Shown: positions 1 to 14,621, numbered from the whole stretch's first letter. The stretch is 63,865 nt of DNA, filler included, from Octopus bimaculoides (GCF_001194135.2; 6 parts of 5 records of this genome joined end to end with filler, not necessarily neighbours in it); one strand, 5' to 3'. The notes: generated by a model not told the origin, from the sequence alone. Numbers and translations: made by a program.

Positions 1-45
<45 letters not shown>

Positions 46-1850
46 TACGTGCGTGCGTGCGTGCGTGCGTATGTGTGTATGTGTCTGTGTGTGTCTGTGT
101 GTGTGTGTGCGTGTGTGTGCACCGAAACGAAAGTGATGGTCATTCGTTACTCTGTGCAGAGATGCATTCAGAAATTAAAACTTTCTTCTTATTCACTCCA
201 TGGCTACTCGAAGTTTCTCTAACTTAAACCTAGGTATATGAATACTCAGATAATTTCGGCAATAGAAGCCGATGACGTTATATCTGCAGAGACCTATTAA
301 ACTTGAATCCTATTAGCTAATTGTTAACCCGTTATCAAAACTGTTGTAGTCAAAACGAAAAACTGACGGTGCAGCGGTACTATGATGTAAGGGAATCTAC
401 CAGAGTGCTTGCTGTAATAATCACCAATGGAAGCTACTCTATGTTGATGATACGATTTGTTTTCTGCAAATTCATTTCGTATGTACTAGTATCATTATAT
501 GCCTAAAAAAGTTTTCCAGGGGAAATTCCTGCGATGGTAGCACTTAACTAATATTTTGGATCTGTTTCGAGAAATGTAACTGGGTGGTTCATTATATAGA
601 ATTTCTTAGGAAAAAAACAACAAACAATTTCAGGAATTGTTGAAATATTTTGTGATTCCATTGCCTTAAGGTTACACTTTAATTGAAAGAGGAAAGTAGA
701 AAGTTCCCTCTTCTTTAAACATAAAAGAGTAAATCTTGAAAGCATTCATGAGAAAACCGCGAGCATTTCATTTCAATACGTCCAGTCGTATTATGGATGC
801 TTGGCATACAGCTTATTTGGGAAACATGCAAATAGACAGTTCGGATACAGACTATATGGAAGTCTATGTTTGTGACATTAAAGATTGGTTTTATGTTAAA
901 AGCTTAATTTTTGTCAACATGTTTCTATGTTTTTAAATTCTCTGTTTTGAAGGGGAAGAATTTTGCATTTTAAGTATTTAGATATTTCAGCAATAACTTT
1001 CTTGCTAAAAGACAACCACCATATTATACTCTAGATTACGCTTTCAAGATTTTAGATGAAACAACGAGTTTTCAGTTTCCTGAATAGGATTAATTTGGTC
1101 TTAAGAAGCAAATAGGAAGTTTCTCCATTTTCAACTGTTTCTTCCTCGTTTGTAGATAGAATGCGCGTAGTATTACTATGAGCGGGACATGAAAACTGAA
1201 TAGCATAGGCAGTGTTTAGAGATCAATGGAAGAGAATGGAGATGCCTGTTTTTTCGGACAGACATCATTTAATATAGTCGACTGTGTACAGAATGAAATT
1301 AGCGTTTCAAAGTAAATTACCAATGCCATACATATCTATTTGAACTAGATCCAAGTTTATTTACATTCACAATAATTTGATTCTGAAAAGTTGAAAGAGT
1401 TTGTACAGTATGGCTGAATAATTTCTCATTAGTCTGAGACAAATAATAAAATCGTCTAAATAGTTAATATTGTTTCTATTAAAAAATATATTATGATGGA
1501 AGGTAAAATATATTATATATTTCACTTTCCTCGGAAGTGGACAATGTTCGTTGTTGCGAGATAGAGATAAAGAATATATGCAATTAAATATAAGGTTTGA
1601 TGTGTAGCACACACAAGGAATATATTTAAAATGTAATATCGTCATAAGTCCATACAGACAAATATATGTCTATGAATGTATGAGCGTAAATACATAGTTA
1701 TATGTAACTGTGCTCGTTATATATATGTGCGCGTATATAATTCTATGCGTGTGTATTTATGAGTGTGTATGTATACATACACACTCATATATATATATGG
1801 ACGAATAAAGATATATGCGTGTATGTATATGTGCGCATATATGTGTGTGC

Positions 1851-1905
<55 letters not shown>

Positions 1906-2119
1906 TAGGCCAACAGACACAAGCACACACGCGCACATGCGTACACACGCACACCCGTGATTGCAACTGTAGGTGTAAGGATATAATACATTTGGCAAAA
2001 CTCGATGCGTGGGCGAATAATGACCCTTGTCGATTGGTTCTGATGCTATTGGATTTATGTGAACATCTAATATTAAATATTCATAATGAATCTTGTTTTA
2101 TTATTCTAGTTTTTGGCAT

Positions 2120-2162
<43 letters not shown>

Positions 2163-2754
2163 TTTCATCACGGAATAAATAAATCATTTACCACCTTCAT
2201 GAAACATTCCACTTACATGTAACGTTACATATGATTTATTATATTTCTTGCAAACCAATGATATATTCAGTAGTATAGTAGCATTGTAGAAAGGCAATGG
2301 GACTAAACAGAAGATGCAAAACAAAAAAAAATGAAAGGCAAACTGCTAATGTGTTTTCTTTTTAAATCTGATGGTAAGTTTCTTATGCGTTTCCTAGCAA
2401 AATAATATATATCTGACATTGTCTCTGCTGACCTAATTGTAGTAATTAGGTAACAGACCATTTGCGAATATACGTGATTAAATCAGAAGATTTATGTCTT
2501 CATCGCCCTTCTTCAATAAATCTGAGTCATGTAGCAACTCACAAGAGCTTTGCCGCCACGGAAAGTAGGAGAAGTCTATATTGAATTCATATGATTCTAC
2601 AGTACTATATGCTATATAGGATAATTGAGTTAAATTTTCTAATAATATATTTGATATATAATATATAATCGTATTTATGTATTTATTTGTCGTTATATGT
2701 CAATTTTCAGTTCAGAAAAAGAGCATCTTAAGTATATTATATGCCTATATATTT

Positions 2755-2764
2755 ATAGATAGAC

Positions 2765-2837
<73 letters not shown>

Positions 2838-2901
2838 CATGCATACATACATACGCACATACATACCTACACACATACATACAAACACGCGCTCGCACAC
2901 A

Positions 2902-2969
<68 letters not shown>

Positions 2970-3003
2970 TATATATATACATATACATATATATATATAT
3001 ATA
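2755..3003. repeat. Compound (TAGA)n/(TACA)n/(CA)n/(TA)n microsatellite, representative of dozens in the window
   Basis: Read directly; similar tracts at 1-120, 1700-1950, 11080-11240, 13430-13745, 47660-47860, 58060-58740 and 61630-62030. Confidence 0.95.
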
Positions 3004-3589
3004 TCGAAAAAAAAATCACAAAAGCACTGCCCCTCCATGGTCCCCAGTCAAATTACTGAAATAAATGAAAGAATAAAAGAATATGGAAGAATAATCTTTT
3101 ACTATTGAATAGTGCAATTGTGAATTGAAAGTAGACGCCTATTTTACGAAGATAATTAACTCGAATAATTATGACCACAGGTGTCAATCTCAAACAAAGA
3201 TGCCTACATTGGTATGATTTCGAATGCATTTTTATAAGGTCATTATCAACTCATTCTCATTCAACAACACTAGAACTTAATTACTACAATTATCAAAGAA
3301 GTAGTGGCGTCCACACACTATTTTCACACTTGTATACTGGTCAATTTAAAACTCAAAATGTCAACCTCACAGTCTCAAGTAATATCTCCTGACGTTCTCT
3401 ATTTACGTTCCTGCTGAAATAGCAAACTAAAGATTTGGTTCTCTCTCACTCTCTTCAGAAATCAGAGACCACGCAAATAGTAAATAAGTAATGGCTCTAT
3501 TTCTCACATATCTAGGACTGCAACTTTAATATTACACCGTCATGTGTACAAGATTCACCACTATCATTATCCTCATCAAGACCTGGACA

Positions 3590-3842
3590 TTACTATATCG
3601 AATCTCAGGAGTCATAAGGCTGGTTTCCTTGTTTCCATAGCGTATAAGTGACCGAGATTACATATTTTTCTGTTGAACGTAACGGCAGTCCGCCTCAAGG
3701 TTACTTATTTACTGCTAAGTAGACTGGAGCAACATAAAATGAAGGATTTTGCCCATGAAAAACGCACCACCCGATCTCGGAATCGAAACTACTATCTTGC
3801 AATCCTAGGCGCGAGATCGTAAACATTAGGCCACAGACTTTT
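3590..3842 (-). mobile_element. tRNA-derived SINE, same head as the 12058 copy
   Basis: Reverse complement contains GTTTCGATTCC and TTGCTCCAGTCTACTTAGC. Confidence 0.75.
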
Positions 3843-6106
3843 ACAAGATTTCAGCATCAAAGTGTTATCCAAGTCGCTGGAAACGTTTCATGTACACTAT
3901 AACCACCAGACGATAACGTGATATTTCAGATTGTTGATTCTTCTACTAATGTTAGAATAGATTTGATCGAAGAAACGAGGAAGCTATACACCATCTCCAA
4001 TCTAAGCTACCAATGGCAGAGGATCTGCAAATTCATTGGAATGTCAGAAATAAAAGAAAAACTTGCTGTTCAATTTTCGTCCGTTGTATTCTCAGCTCTA
4101 ACCAAGCCGAACTCAAAATCACTTTATATCCTTTCAAGATGGAGCAAAATAAAGTGCCAGCGAAGCTCAGAGTCCGGTGTTTATTTTTAATGTATTCCAA
4201 ATTTAAACGGAATTATATGTTTTTATAAACATGAAACAACTAGGTTTCACTCATCCTTCGAAATCAGAGATTTTCATCCATTTTTCCCTATAGACCCCTT
4301 TGATTCCTATTTTACTCGGGTGCCCCCTTCCATAACCATTCGATATTTAAAAGAAATCCCATTGTATTTTCATAATTAAATATTAAATTGTATTTAAAAT
4401 TGTTAAAATATGTTCTGCATTGTAGAGGTATAACCGATTCATTGCATATAAATTTTAACAATAAAATCTTCAATGGGCCCCAAGGATCATGTGGGCTACG
4501 ATGAGAACCATTACTTTAAGTCATCCCTATTTTGTTTCATTCCCAAGCTCTACACACTACTCCCTCTTCACAACCATTCATACACAGAAAATATAGAGTT
4601 GATTACCAACCACATTGATCTCACAAAGTCTGGAATGACTCTAAAAAGTATCGTCTCTACTGTTTCTTCTCCACCATCGCCTCCTCATAATAAATATCAA
4701 CAAACGTCGTCGAGCGTTTTAAATATTTGGTCGTTTATCTCCGGCAACAGCCAGTTCCAAACGAGATTCCGTATCTTCCCTGCCACCTTAGTATTTTCTG
4801 GCCGTAGGGACCATGGTAATACCATGTAATTAATTTTATCAAAGCCCGTTAGAGACCTTACGACTATCAACTCCATTCCCCCACGATCATCACCAACAAC
4901 TATCTTCAAAAATTAATCTACAATATCTCCAGTTTCTTCAGGAACCGAACTATTTATGATTGCGTCTCAATCGCTTTATCTATCGAATCTGCATTCCTCC
5001 AAATATTTATCTCACAAATTATCTTTTCTTCTTTCATTATATTAACTGCATGCCAAGCACTTCCTATCGCTGCAGAATAGGTAGATTCATAACTGTATAC
5101 TCTCATGCATGTATGAAATTGAACGATCTCCTACTAATATTTCTGCAGCTAAACATCTCACAGTTTCAGATAATCAAACATCACAGCCTCATAATCTTGA
5201 ATAATCTCTCATAGTAACATCACATATATAACCTTGCCAAAACTAGTTTTATCAGCAACAATCTTCTTCAACCTTCCCTCTTATCACAGCGAATGCCTGA
5301 ACTTATTTTCAGTGCCAACAAAAGGACGTCTTTGTTGTCGCTTGACCTGCTATGAAAACCGTCAAATCTCTCACAAATCAAAAGCTACTGCCTTTCTAAA
5401 AAATAGAAGGGCATGTTGCATATCGTAGCGCGGGTTTATTCCGAGTAAAAAAAAGAAAAAGGCAATAGTGACACGGCTGAAACCCCTTTGGACATAGGAC
5501 TAAAATCAGGACTAAAATGGTGATAAACCAAACGGAACCGTCACTTTAATTCATATTAACTATGTATTTATACATGCCACAGTGACTCATGCATGGCGAA
5601 TAATTTTCAAAACTGCTTCGACTTCAAGAATGAAGTACCAGTGTTGAGTAGTAATAATTTCAAATTATCCTCTTTCAATCTTGCTGTGGTTTGCTGAACT
5701 CATGTCTATCTTAGTCACTTGCACACATATAATATTGATTAGACCAACGATACAGGTACGACCGAGTAGTTAAGAAGTTTCCTTTACAACCATGAAGTCT
5801 CCAGGTTCAACTTCATTGGGCAAGTGCAATTAAAATAGGCTCAGGTTGACCCGGAGCTGGTGTAATCAATGAATTTGACTAATTGAAAACTGTAAAGACG
5901 CCCGTCTCTTATATTATACTTGTAATTAAAAGATGTGTACTTACTAAACTAATGTGACATTGATTCTGAATGAGAATTACGAATAGATATATGTAACTGG
6001 GGAATACTCAGCCAGTGCCCGCTCTGATACAATGAGTAGGGTGGCCAAGTAATCGAACGAATTGCCGCTTATGCATCGAATTCCACGGAGGATTTCGGCT
6101 ACATAT

Positions 6107-6158
<52 letters not shown>

Positions 6159-6181
6159 ATACAAATATGTTTATATGTATA

Positions 6182-6213
<32 letters not shown>

Positions 6214-6313
6214 NNNNNNNNNNNNNNNNNNNNNNNNNNNNNNNNNNNNNNNNNNNNTTAATTAATTAANNNNNNNNNNNNNNNNNNNNNNNNNNNNNNN
6301 NNNNNNNNNNNNN
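6214..6313. other. Artificial scaffold-join spacer (also centred at 23025, 49730, 57655 and 61571)
   Basis: 44 N + TTAATTAATTAA (stops in all six frames) + 44 N; the same 12-mer sits inside an N run at all five sites. Confidence 0.95.
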
Positions 6314-6530
6314 CAGTTCTTTCATTTGTAGAAATGAGTTGCGACGTTACTGGTGCCAAGCTGTATCGGCGTTTGCCTTTCCCTTGGATAACACTGGTGG
6401 CGTGGATAGGGGACGCTGGTATGCATGGGCGACTGCTGGTCTTCCATAAACAACCTTGCCCGGATTTGTGCTTAGAAGGGTAACTTTCTAGGTGCAATCC
6501 CATGGTCATTCATGACAGAAGGGGGTCTTA
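6314..6530 (+). mobile_element. SINE/LINE-tail repeat fragment
   Basis: CCATAAACAACCTTGCCCGG..GGTAACTTTCTAGGTGCAATCCCATGG, recognised as a common octopus repeat from memory only. Confidence 0.55.
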
Positions 6531-6670
6531 ATATATATATATATTTACAGTACTTATATGAATGTATGTATGCATGCAAATTTATGTGGGGTAAATGCAC
6601 ATACACACACTCGCACACACACATTAAAAGTCAGGGTACAATTTGTACCTGTTTACCTGAATTAAAAGAA

Positions 6671-6714
<44 letters not shown>

Positions 6715-6848
6715 CTGTGTTTGTATCTACGTGTGTGTGTGTGCATGTATATTCATTTTCACAGCGTCAATATTACAAAGTCAATATTACATATCTGTCT
6801 TTAATCATTGTTTATCTAATTAATTTCTTTTTGTTTTCTCTTTAACAG

Positions 6849-7109
6849 AAGAAGAAACAGAAGAATTCCTCTCCGAAAGCTAAGGATGCCATCTAAGAAG
6901 CAGCAAAGAGTTCTTGTTTATATGGTGTAGAGCAGAGATCAGTAACTTCGGAGTTGTTTAGGTTTCTTCATGGCGTGCGTGCATATTATGTCATATGCCT
7001 CATGTCTCTGTGCAGCTGCATCTTCATTTCCATCTCTGACAATGTTGATGCAAGTGAATGTCGAATTGTGACACCAAAGACCACGTAAGGCCATTAGCTG
7101 CTCATTAGT
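6849..7109. other. Exon-like coding island, strand unresolved
   Basis: Minus: ctttatttacag acceptor then 56 codons to TGA (6939-7109). Plus: acceptor at 6848, frame open 6897-7085, donor gtaagg. Confidence 0.3.
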
Positions 7110-7732
7110 CTGTAAATAAAGAGAACTCATCACTTCACATCTTTGCTGTATTAGAAAGGAATGACATCAAAGTTGTCACCTAAACAGCCGCCTCCAGCAC
7201 CACCGCCATCACCGCAGATTCCACAGACATCACCGCGATTACCAAGGCAACAGTTAGAAGCATCACCTATACCGTCATCATTGCTTCCACTATCAGCATT
7301 ACCGCCACCGCAGCCACGACTAGTACAACTACCACTACACCCACTCACACCAACTTCGATAGCAGAAACGCTACCATTACCACTAACAAAGCAATCAACG
7401 GAATACAACCACGACTACCACCATCACCACCACCACCACCAACACCACCATCACCATCACCACCACNNNNNNNNNNNNNNNNNNNNNNNNNNNNNNNNNN
7501 NNNNNNNNNNNNNNNNNNNNNNNNNNNNNNNNNNNNNNNNNNNNNNNNNNNNNNNNNNNNNNNNNNGAGAGATTTATACAGTAGCAGCACGATAAAGTGA
7601 TGGTTTGTTGCCAACTGAATGTGCCAGTCCTAGGAAAGGGAAGAATGCTACTGCTATTTAGCCCCAGGAAATATCGTTTCCAGTTGGTTACGTGACACAA
7701 GCGTTCTGTGTCCATACGCTTTCAAACAAACA

Positions 7733-9045
7733 CAAGGTAGTATCAAAAAGTTATTGCATGGCAGCATATGGTTGTTTGCGCAGTGAGAGCTAGCAGTGAC
7801 CTTCATCAGGCAGTGTGCCGATAGCATCGATGTGTTTACTTCGCAAGTTGTAAAATTTATGTTTTTTGTGATCATGTGTATGCTGCAGTCTGCGATTTTG
7901 TCATGGACAGGAAGTTGGAACAAAGAGCCAATGTGAAATTTGGCGTTAAATTTGGGAAGTCTGATACAGAAACATTGAATATGCTTCGGCAATCTTACGG
8001 CGACGAGGCAAGGGGTCATACGCAATGTTTTGAGTGGCACGGGCGCTTCAATGGCGGAAGAACGTCCTTGCAAGACGATGAACGATCTGGAAGACCTGCC
8101 ACAAGCGTCACCCTAGGCAATGGAGAGAAAATCCATTAGCTTGTGCAAGAGGGTTGTCGGAGGAAAATCAATGACATTGCTGATGTTGTTGGTCTGTCGT
8201 ATGGGTCCGTGCATGCAATCTTAGAGCCTGAATTAAACATGCGGCGTGTCTCTGTCAAGACTACACCACTCCGCCCCGCCTGTTAACTACTGAATAAAAA
8301 TCGAGTCGAAGTCTGTCAAAATCTCCATCGGCGTGCCGCTGATGACCCATTCGTCGTGTCAAGGATCATTTCCGGTCACGAGAGTTTGGTCTACAGGTAC
8401 GACCCTGAGACGAAGCAGTAGTCATCACAACGGAAGTGCCCTTCAATTTCCACGACCGAAGAAAACACAACAGAGCCGGAGTTCAATCAAGAGCATGCTC
8501 ATCGTTTCTTTCCAATATGCATCGGGAATTCGCCCTCTACCCCAGTCCACCTGGGCCAGATTGTCAGTCTAGAATCCTACAACGACGTTCTGAAGCGTTT
8601 GAGGCAGGACATTCGGTGCAAGTGGCCGGATCTGTGTAGCGCGAAGAACTGGATTCTTCACCACAACAATGCATCCTGTCACCGAGCTCGCCTCACTCGT
8701 GAGTTTCTCGCCAAAAACAACATGGTATCGCTTCTGCAACCATCCTATTCGCCAGATTTAGCACATGCAGGCTTTCGGGCTTCCATTCTTCACTAAGCTG
8801 AAAATGCAGCTTAAAGGTCGCCGTTTTAATACCGTTGTCGAAATCAAGAGCGAATCGCAGAAGGTTCTCGACTCACTCACGGAAAACAACTTCCAGGCTG
8901 GATTCCAAAAGTGGCAGAAACGCTGGGATCGGTGTATTATTGCGCAAGGTGACTATTTTGAAGGAGATGATGTTAAGACTTAGGTAAATAAGATATTTTT
9001 TTTTATCAAATATAACTAGTCCTGGAACATTTTGAAACCACCTCG
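7733..9045 (+). mobile_element. Full-length (1313 bp) inactive mariner transposon
   Basis: TIRs CAAGGTAGTATCAAAAAGTT and (reverse complement) CGAGGTGGTTTCAAAATGTT match 16/20; flanks CA/TA; transposase remnants. Confidence 0.93.
7903..8983 (+). pseudogene. Mariner transposase pseudogene
   Basis: MDRKLEQRANVKF.., DDERSGRP, YDPETK, HHNNASCH, YSPDLA, FQKWQKRWDRCIIAQGDYFE; stops and frameshifts. Confidence 0.93.
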
Positions 9046-11132
9046 TACATACATATTTACACAGTTACATATATACATATACATATATACAGTGATTTTG
9101 TTACGCTTAAAATTATACTTTGAAAAACGTTCTCTTAAGCAGTTGTCTGTGAACTTGGTACATGTGTATGCTACCTAACAAATGTTACGTAGCGTATCGT
9201 TTTTCCTGTCTTTATGAAACACAGTGCAACACCAGAATGTGATGTAACATTTGACAGCGCTTATCTGAGTTATCTGACATATCAGTATTGAGGATAATAT
9301 AATCAAGTCCATGATTCCAGTTGCTCACTAATCTTATCGAAGATGAAATAATAGAGGATTAGATAATGGAAGTTTTTGGAAGTTTGATTCAGTCACACTT
9401 CTGTTGTTAATTTACCAACCAGTGTTTTCAATCGACGAAACATTTTTCTTCGTGGGATTCTTACCGCCTTGAATGAGAATTTATGCCTTAGAAGATTTCA
9501 TTTAGAGATGCATCAACATTATTATATATTTCCAAATGCTTTCAAAGATTTCTGCTTTTCTGAAGTTAGGAGTTTCATTGTTGCAGCTGTTCTAGCTATA
9601 ATAACATCTACAATCTTTTCCTAGGGATATTTGCTGAGGCTATTCAATAATACACGGTTAATATACTGCTATATATTTCGTGGTTGGCTCATGCATTTTT
9701 AAAATTTTTTATCTTCAAGACTGTTTTGATACGCTTTGAGATGTATATGTCCGCAGTATTTTTTCTGTGACATCTGTGATGTTTTTAAAAATGTCGATTA
9801 GCCTCAAATAATTCCTAAACATAAAATGGAGTCATTTAGCACCTATCATCATATCTTGAAAAATAAAATTCAGTAGGCATCCATAACAATGGACTTGGAT
9901 AGCAAATGAAGAAAACACCTTGATTTTGTTGCGAAATCTCCTTAAACACGGCTCAAATTTGTTGCGCCAACAGTCATGTCAAATTTCAGCTCGAGCTCTC
10001 GGAGTACAGTTAGGGACTAATTTATAAAGAACGTTTTCTTCAGTAGAAGGCGTTGCATAAAATCTGCTGAAAGACTTGGGTTTTTCGTTCAAACAGAAAT
10101 CTAAAGCATTTTGCCACTTGCTCAATAATTCAGAAAACTGACGTTTGATCAGCAGTAGATGAATATCCTTAAGATTTTTTCCCATCATTTGCTATTTCCA
10201 AGAGCAACCTCAACCACTGCCGGAAGCATTTTCAGTAATAAATAATCTCCACTGTAAATATGCCTCTAATGAACTTTTTAGCTTTTCTCGCAGACAACCA
10301 GGATACAGAAATTAAAAATAGTTGCCCTCGTAAATATTAGGAGCTTCGCCTCAGTTACAGCGATTTTTTTTCGGTGAATTCGTTGGACTATGTATTATTA
10401 AATAGCGAACTGAGTTGTTACTTACTGTGTGATCTTAGGTGGACATTTTGTGCATTGCATTCGTTGGATAACCTATTCACATCATCGTCACTACTTTCTG
10501 GTGACAAACACTTTTCACGTGGTTTGCTAATCAGTTTTTCCAGTTTTCAAAAAGCAAAAGCGTTACTATATTTGAACAGTTTACAGAGATAATATGGAAC
10601 TCGACATTTATCAATATCATTCATGTGCCAATGAAAAAATTTACACCATTCACTCTTGAAGTCTATCTAGACTACTTGCCAAATGTTTTTGCAGTGGAGT
10701 TTTCAATCACTTGTACTATTCTTCGCTGATCCTTCGAACAATTCTCATATCCGTTCTTTCTGGCCGTTTTGTTGGTCTGTGTTTATTGTCCATCTCACTT
10801 ACATACATAAAACGCTCTTGTTACATATGCAGTTAACATCTTTCATTTCACTTTTCGTAACATTTATCACTTCATTAATACACATTAGATAATAGAAATC
10901 TAGACATCCCCTCAAATGAGTAGCAGTCATATTAATTGTTATTACACTCTATCAATTGCATCAATTAGTTCTTACTATTGCTATCCGAAAGCGAAGACAA
11001 AATAGCTTGTATATAATAAAATACAATGAATCTGTCACGCTAGACGAGGGAAACAAACAGACAAACAAACAGAGAGACAGAGACAGACAGACAGGCAGAC
11101 AGATATACATTAATACATTGTACATACATAGA

Positions 11133-11166
<34 letters not shown>

Positions 11167-11180
11167 CATGCATACATACA

Positions 11181-11214
<34 letters not shown>

Positions 11215-11491
11215 CATGCATACATACATACATACATACAAATATGCGTCTTGAGGGTGTGACAGATGAGTATATTTATTTAACCACTTGTCACCCTTAG
11301 GGTTACGGCCGTATTGCATCTTTCTCCATGTAATAATAATTTCAATGTATAATGAAATAAGTTTACACGTCTGCACTAATATGCATTCAATATACAACTG
11401 TATAATCACAGATCAGGATCAGTATCAGCCATTAAAAATAAGTACTGGAATTGATTCGTTCGACTAGAATCTTTGAAGACTGTAACATATA

Positions 11492-11529
<38 letters not shown>

Positions 11530-12057
11530 CACACACACACACACACGCACACACACACACACACATGCACATACATATAAAACAAACGATGGACTCGACC
11601 CAAAGCCTCACCATTTAAATGCCTGATTCACCCAAATCCTAATGTGTGTGTGTGTGTATGTATGTGTGTGTGTGTGTGTGTGCGTGTGTGTGTATAGGGA
11701 GAAAGGAAGGGAGGGAGAGAGAGGGAGAGTTAATAAGTACAGGAAGATTTACATCTTTTGTATTTCACTTATTTCAATCATTAAAATAAGGTCAAGCTGG
11801 GGCATCGAGTCATTCGACCCAAGTACTTGTCTCTTTTTCCAAGACTGGTACTTATTCTATCGGCTTATTTTGCCAAAGTACTAAATTACGGGACATAAAC
11901 ACACCAACACCGGGTTGTCAAGAGGTAGTGTAGGACAAACACAGACAAAGATACACACACACGTACACATGTATACGGCTTTCAGTTTTCGTTCATTAAA
12001 TCCTCTCACAAGGCCTCGGGCGGAACAAGGTAAAAAAATAGGGCACATTGGATGATA

Positions 12058-12326
12058 GTGGAGGCGCGTGGCTTAGTGGTTAGGGTGTCAGCATCATGAT
12101 CGTAAGATTGTAGTTTCGATTCCTGGACCGGGCGACGCGTTGTGTTATTAAACAAAACACTTCATTTCACTTTGCTCCAGTCCACTCAGATGGCAAAAAT
12201 GAGTAACGCTGCGATGGATTGGCGTCCCGTCCAGTTGGGGAACACCTACGCCATTGAAACCGGGAAACCGGGCCCATGATCCTGGCTAGGCTTTAAAAGG
12301 GCGCATTTATTATTATTATTTTTTTT
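12058..12326 (+). mobile_element. tRNA-derived SINE with 13-bp target-site duplication
   Basis: A box TGGCTTAGTGG, B box GTTTCGATTCC, (TTA)n tail; TSD ACATTGGATGATA at 12045-12057 and 12327-12339. Confidence 0.9.
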
Positions 12327-12928
12327 ACATTGGATGATACAGTCCTTGATAAACTATGCCTGAGGAGAAAGACAGGATTNNNNNNNNNNNNNNNNNNNNN
12401 NNNNNNNNNNNNNNNNNNNNNNNNNNNNNNNNNNNNNNNNNNNNNNNNNNNNNNNNNNNNNNNNNNNNNNNNNNNNNNNNNNNNNNNNNNNNNNNNNNNN
12501 NNNNNNNNNNNNNNNNNNNNNNNNNNNNNNNNNNNNNNNNNNNNNNNNNNNNNNNNNNNNNNNNNNNNNNNNNNNNNNNNNNNNNNNNNNNNNNNNNNNN
12601 NNNNNNNNNNNNNNNNNNNNNNNNNNNNNNNNNNNNNNNNNNNNNNNNNNNNNNNNNNNNNNNNNNNNNNNNNNNNNNNNNNNNNNNNNNNNNNNNNNNN
12701 NNNNNNNNNNNNNNNNNNNNNNNNNNNNNNNNNNNNNNNNNNNNNNNNNNNNNNNNNNNNNNNNNNNNNNNNNNNNNNNNNNNNNNNNNNNNNNNNNNNN
12801 NNNNNNNNNNNNNNNNNNNNNNNNNNNNNNNNNNNNNNNNNNNNNNNNNNNNNNNNNNNNNNNNNNNNNNNNNNNNNNNNNNNNNNNNNNNNNNNNNNAT
12901 TGCTATTGTTGTTATTTTAGCTGTTTGC

Positions 12929-12929
12929 C

Positions 12930-12967
<38 letters not shown>

Positions 12968-12973
12968 CTTCTT

Positions 12974-13056
<83 letters not shown>
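12929..13056. repeat. Compound (GTT)n(CTT)n(ATT)n microsatellite
   Basis: Read directly. Confidence 0.95.
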
Positions 13057-13058
<2 letters not shown>

Positions 13059-13473
13059 TCTTTTTCTTTCTCCCTTCTCCCTCCACCATTGCTTCGTTTT
13101 TCACTCCTACCTCCTCATTCTTCCATCGTTGTTGTTCGGACCACTTCATATACCGCGGAAGGAAACTGGACAGACTGCTGTTGACCTTTGTCTCTGCACT
13201 TACTTCTCAAGAAAATCTTGATTCGCACGATACTCATGTCTGTCGTCACAGAAATAGCCAGCATGCAGTCGCTTCATTTGAGCACAAAGGAATGCACGGA
13301 CCACGCACATATAAGCATGCACTCACAAACACGCTCATAACATTGCATACAGTGTCACATTTACTAATGCACATGTTATATTCAAATGTACAGATATGTA
13401 ATATTTGGGTACACGCAGATGTGTGTGCGTGTATGTGTGTGTGCGTATGTGTGTGTGCAAAATACATACGCAT

Positions 13474-13525
<52 letters not shown>

Positions 13526-13538
13526 TATATATATATAT

Positions 13539-13581
<43 letters not shown>

Positions 13582-13603
13582 GTATATGNNNNNNNNNNNN
13601 NNN

Positions 13604-13659
<56 letters not shown>

Positions 13660-13747
13660 TAGATATATATACATGCACATACATAAATGCATTCATACCT
13701 ACGTACATACATACATACATACATACATACATACATACACACATACG

Positions 13748-14240
13748 GAGATGAAAACCCATAATGAGGTAGAGGCCATTACCACTCACAATATGAAAGA
13801 GTATTGGTGGAATGTCCCAATAAAAACCTCAACAAAATGCCGACATAATAGACAGGATATTGTAATCTGGGACAGAGAAGAGAAACGGTGTACAGTAGTA
13901 GAAATCAGCTGTCCTGCGGATGTCAACATCACACTAAAGATTAGAGAAAAAGAGAACAACTACGCCGAGATACTGAGAAATTTGCAGATACTCCACCCAG
14001 ACTACAAGTTCAGATTCATGCCCGTGATTGTTGGGGCATTGGGATATGTAACGAACTGCCTCAACAAAAACCTAGAAAAATTAGGGTTCTCAAAACCTAA
14101 AAGAAAAAGTCTGATTAGAAGACTACAGTTTCAAGCCATCAATGGAACTGTAAAGATATGTAAAACTTTCCCAAAATTTAGCACATAAATACATATGCAT
14201 GCATCTAGACATGAAAATATATACATAAAAACGCATCCAT
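13748..14240 (+). mobile_element. 5'-truncated R4/Dong-type non-LTR retrotransposon, restriction-like endonuclease 3' end
   Basis: HNRQDIVIWDREEKRCTVVEISCP..KENNY..PVIVGALG, a PD-(D/E)xK-type endonuclease; stop at 14186-14188. Confidence 0.85.
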
Positions 14241-14621
14241 AAAANNNNNNNNNNNNNNNNNNNNNNNNNNNNNNNNNNNNNNNNNNNNNNNNNNNNNNNN
14301 NNNNNNNNNNNNNNNNNNNNNNNNNNNNNNNNNNNNNNNNNNNNNNNNNNNNNNNNNNNNNNNNNNNNNNNNNNNNACACACACACACACATATGCACAA
14401 ATACCTAGATGATGTTGATAAAAGTTCCAATAAAGGAGCCTTAAATCTATGTTAGAGTCCGACTCTTTCTCTATGGACAAGAAATACAGAAATGAAACTG
14501 ATACATACATACATACATACATACATACATACATACATACATACATACAAACATACATGCATACATACATATATACATACACACATACATACATACATAC
14601 ATACATACATACATACATACA

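Noticed and set aside
4473-5430. Several 60-118-aa ORFs
   Set aside because: No family motif and no splice pattern; possibly very old LINE debris but unsupported.
6858-6886. CCGAAAGCTA, resembling a hammerhead 3' half
   Set aside because: The upstream core reads CAGAAGA and neither stem I nor stem II pairs.
7161-7466. Pro/His-rich ORF
   Set aside because: A decayed CCA/CAC triplet repeat grading into pure (CAC)n.
9350-10800. Possible ancient DNA-transposon coding remnant
   Set aside because: Only short ORFs with no recognisable motif.
12058-12130. tRNA-like sequence with A and B boxes
   Set aside because: It is a SINE head with body, tail and TSD, and does not form a complete cloverleaf.
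12356-14188. 610-aa ORF and other long ORFs in the track (50665, 58035, 59588, 62185 and similar)
   Set aside because: They run through N gaps and microsatellites. Only the last ~145 aa of this one (LINE endonuclease) are meaningful.
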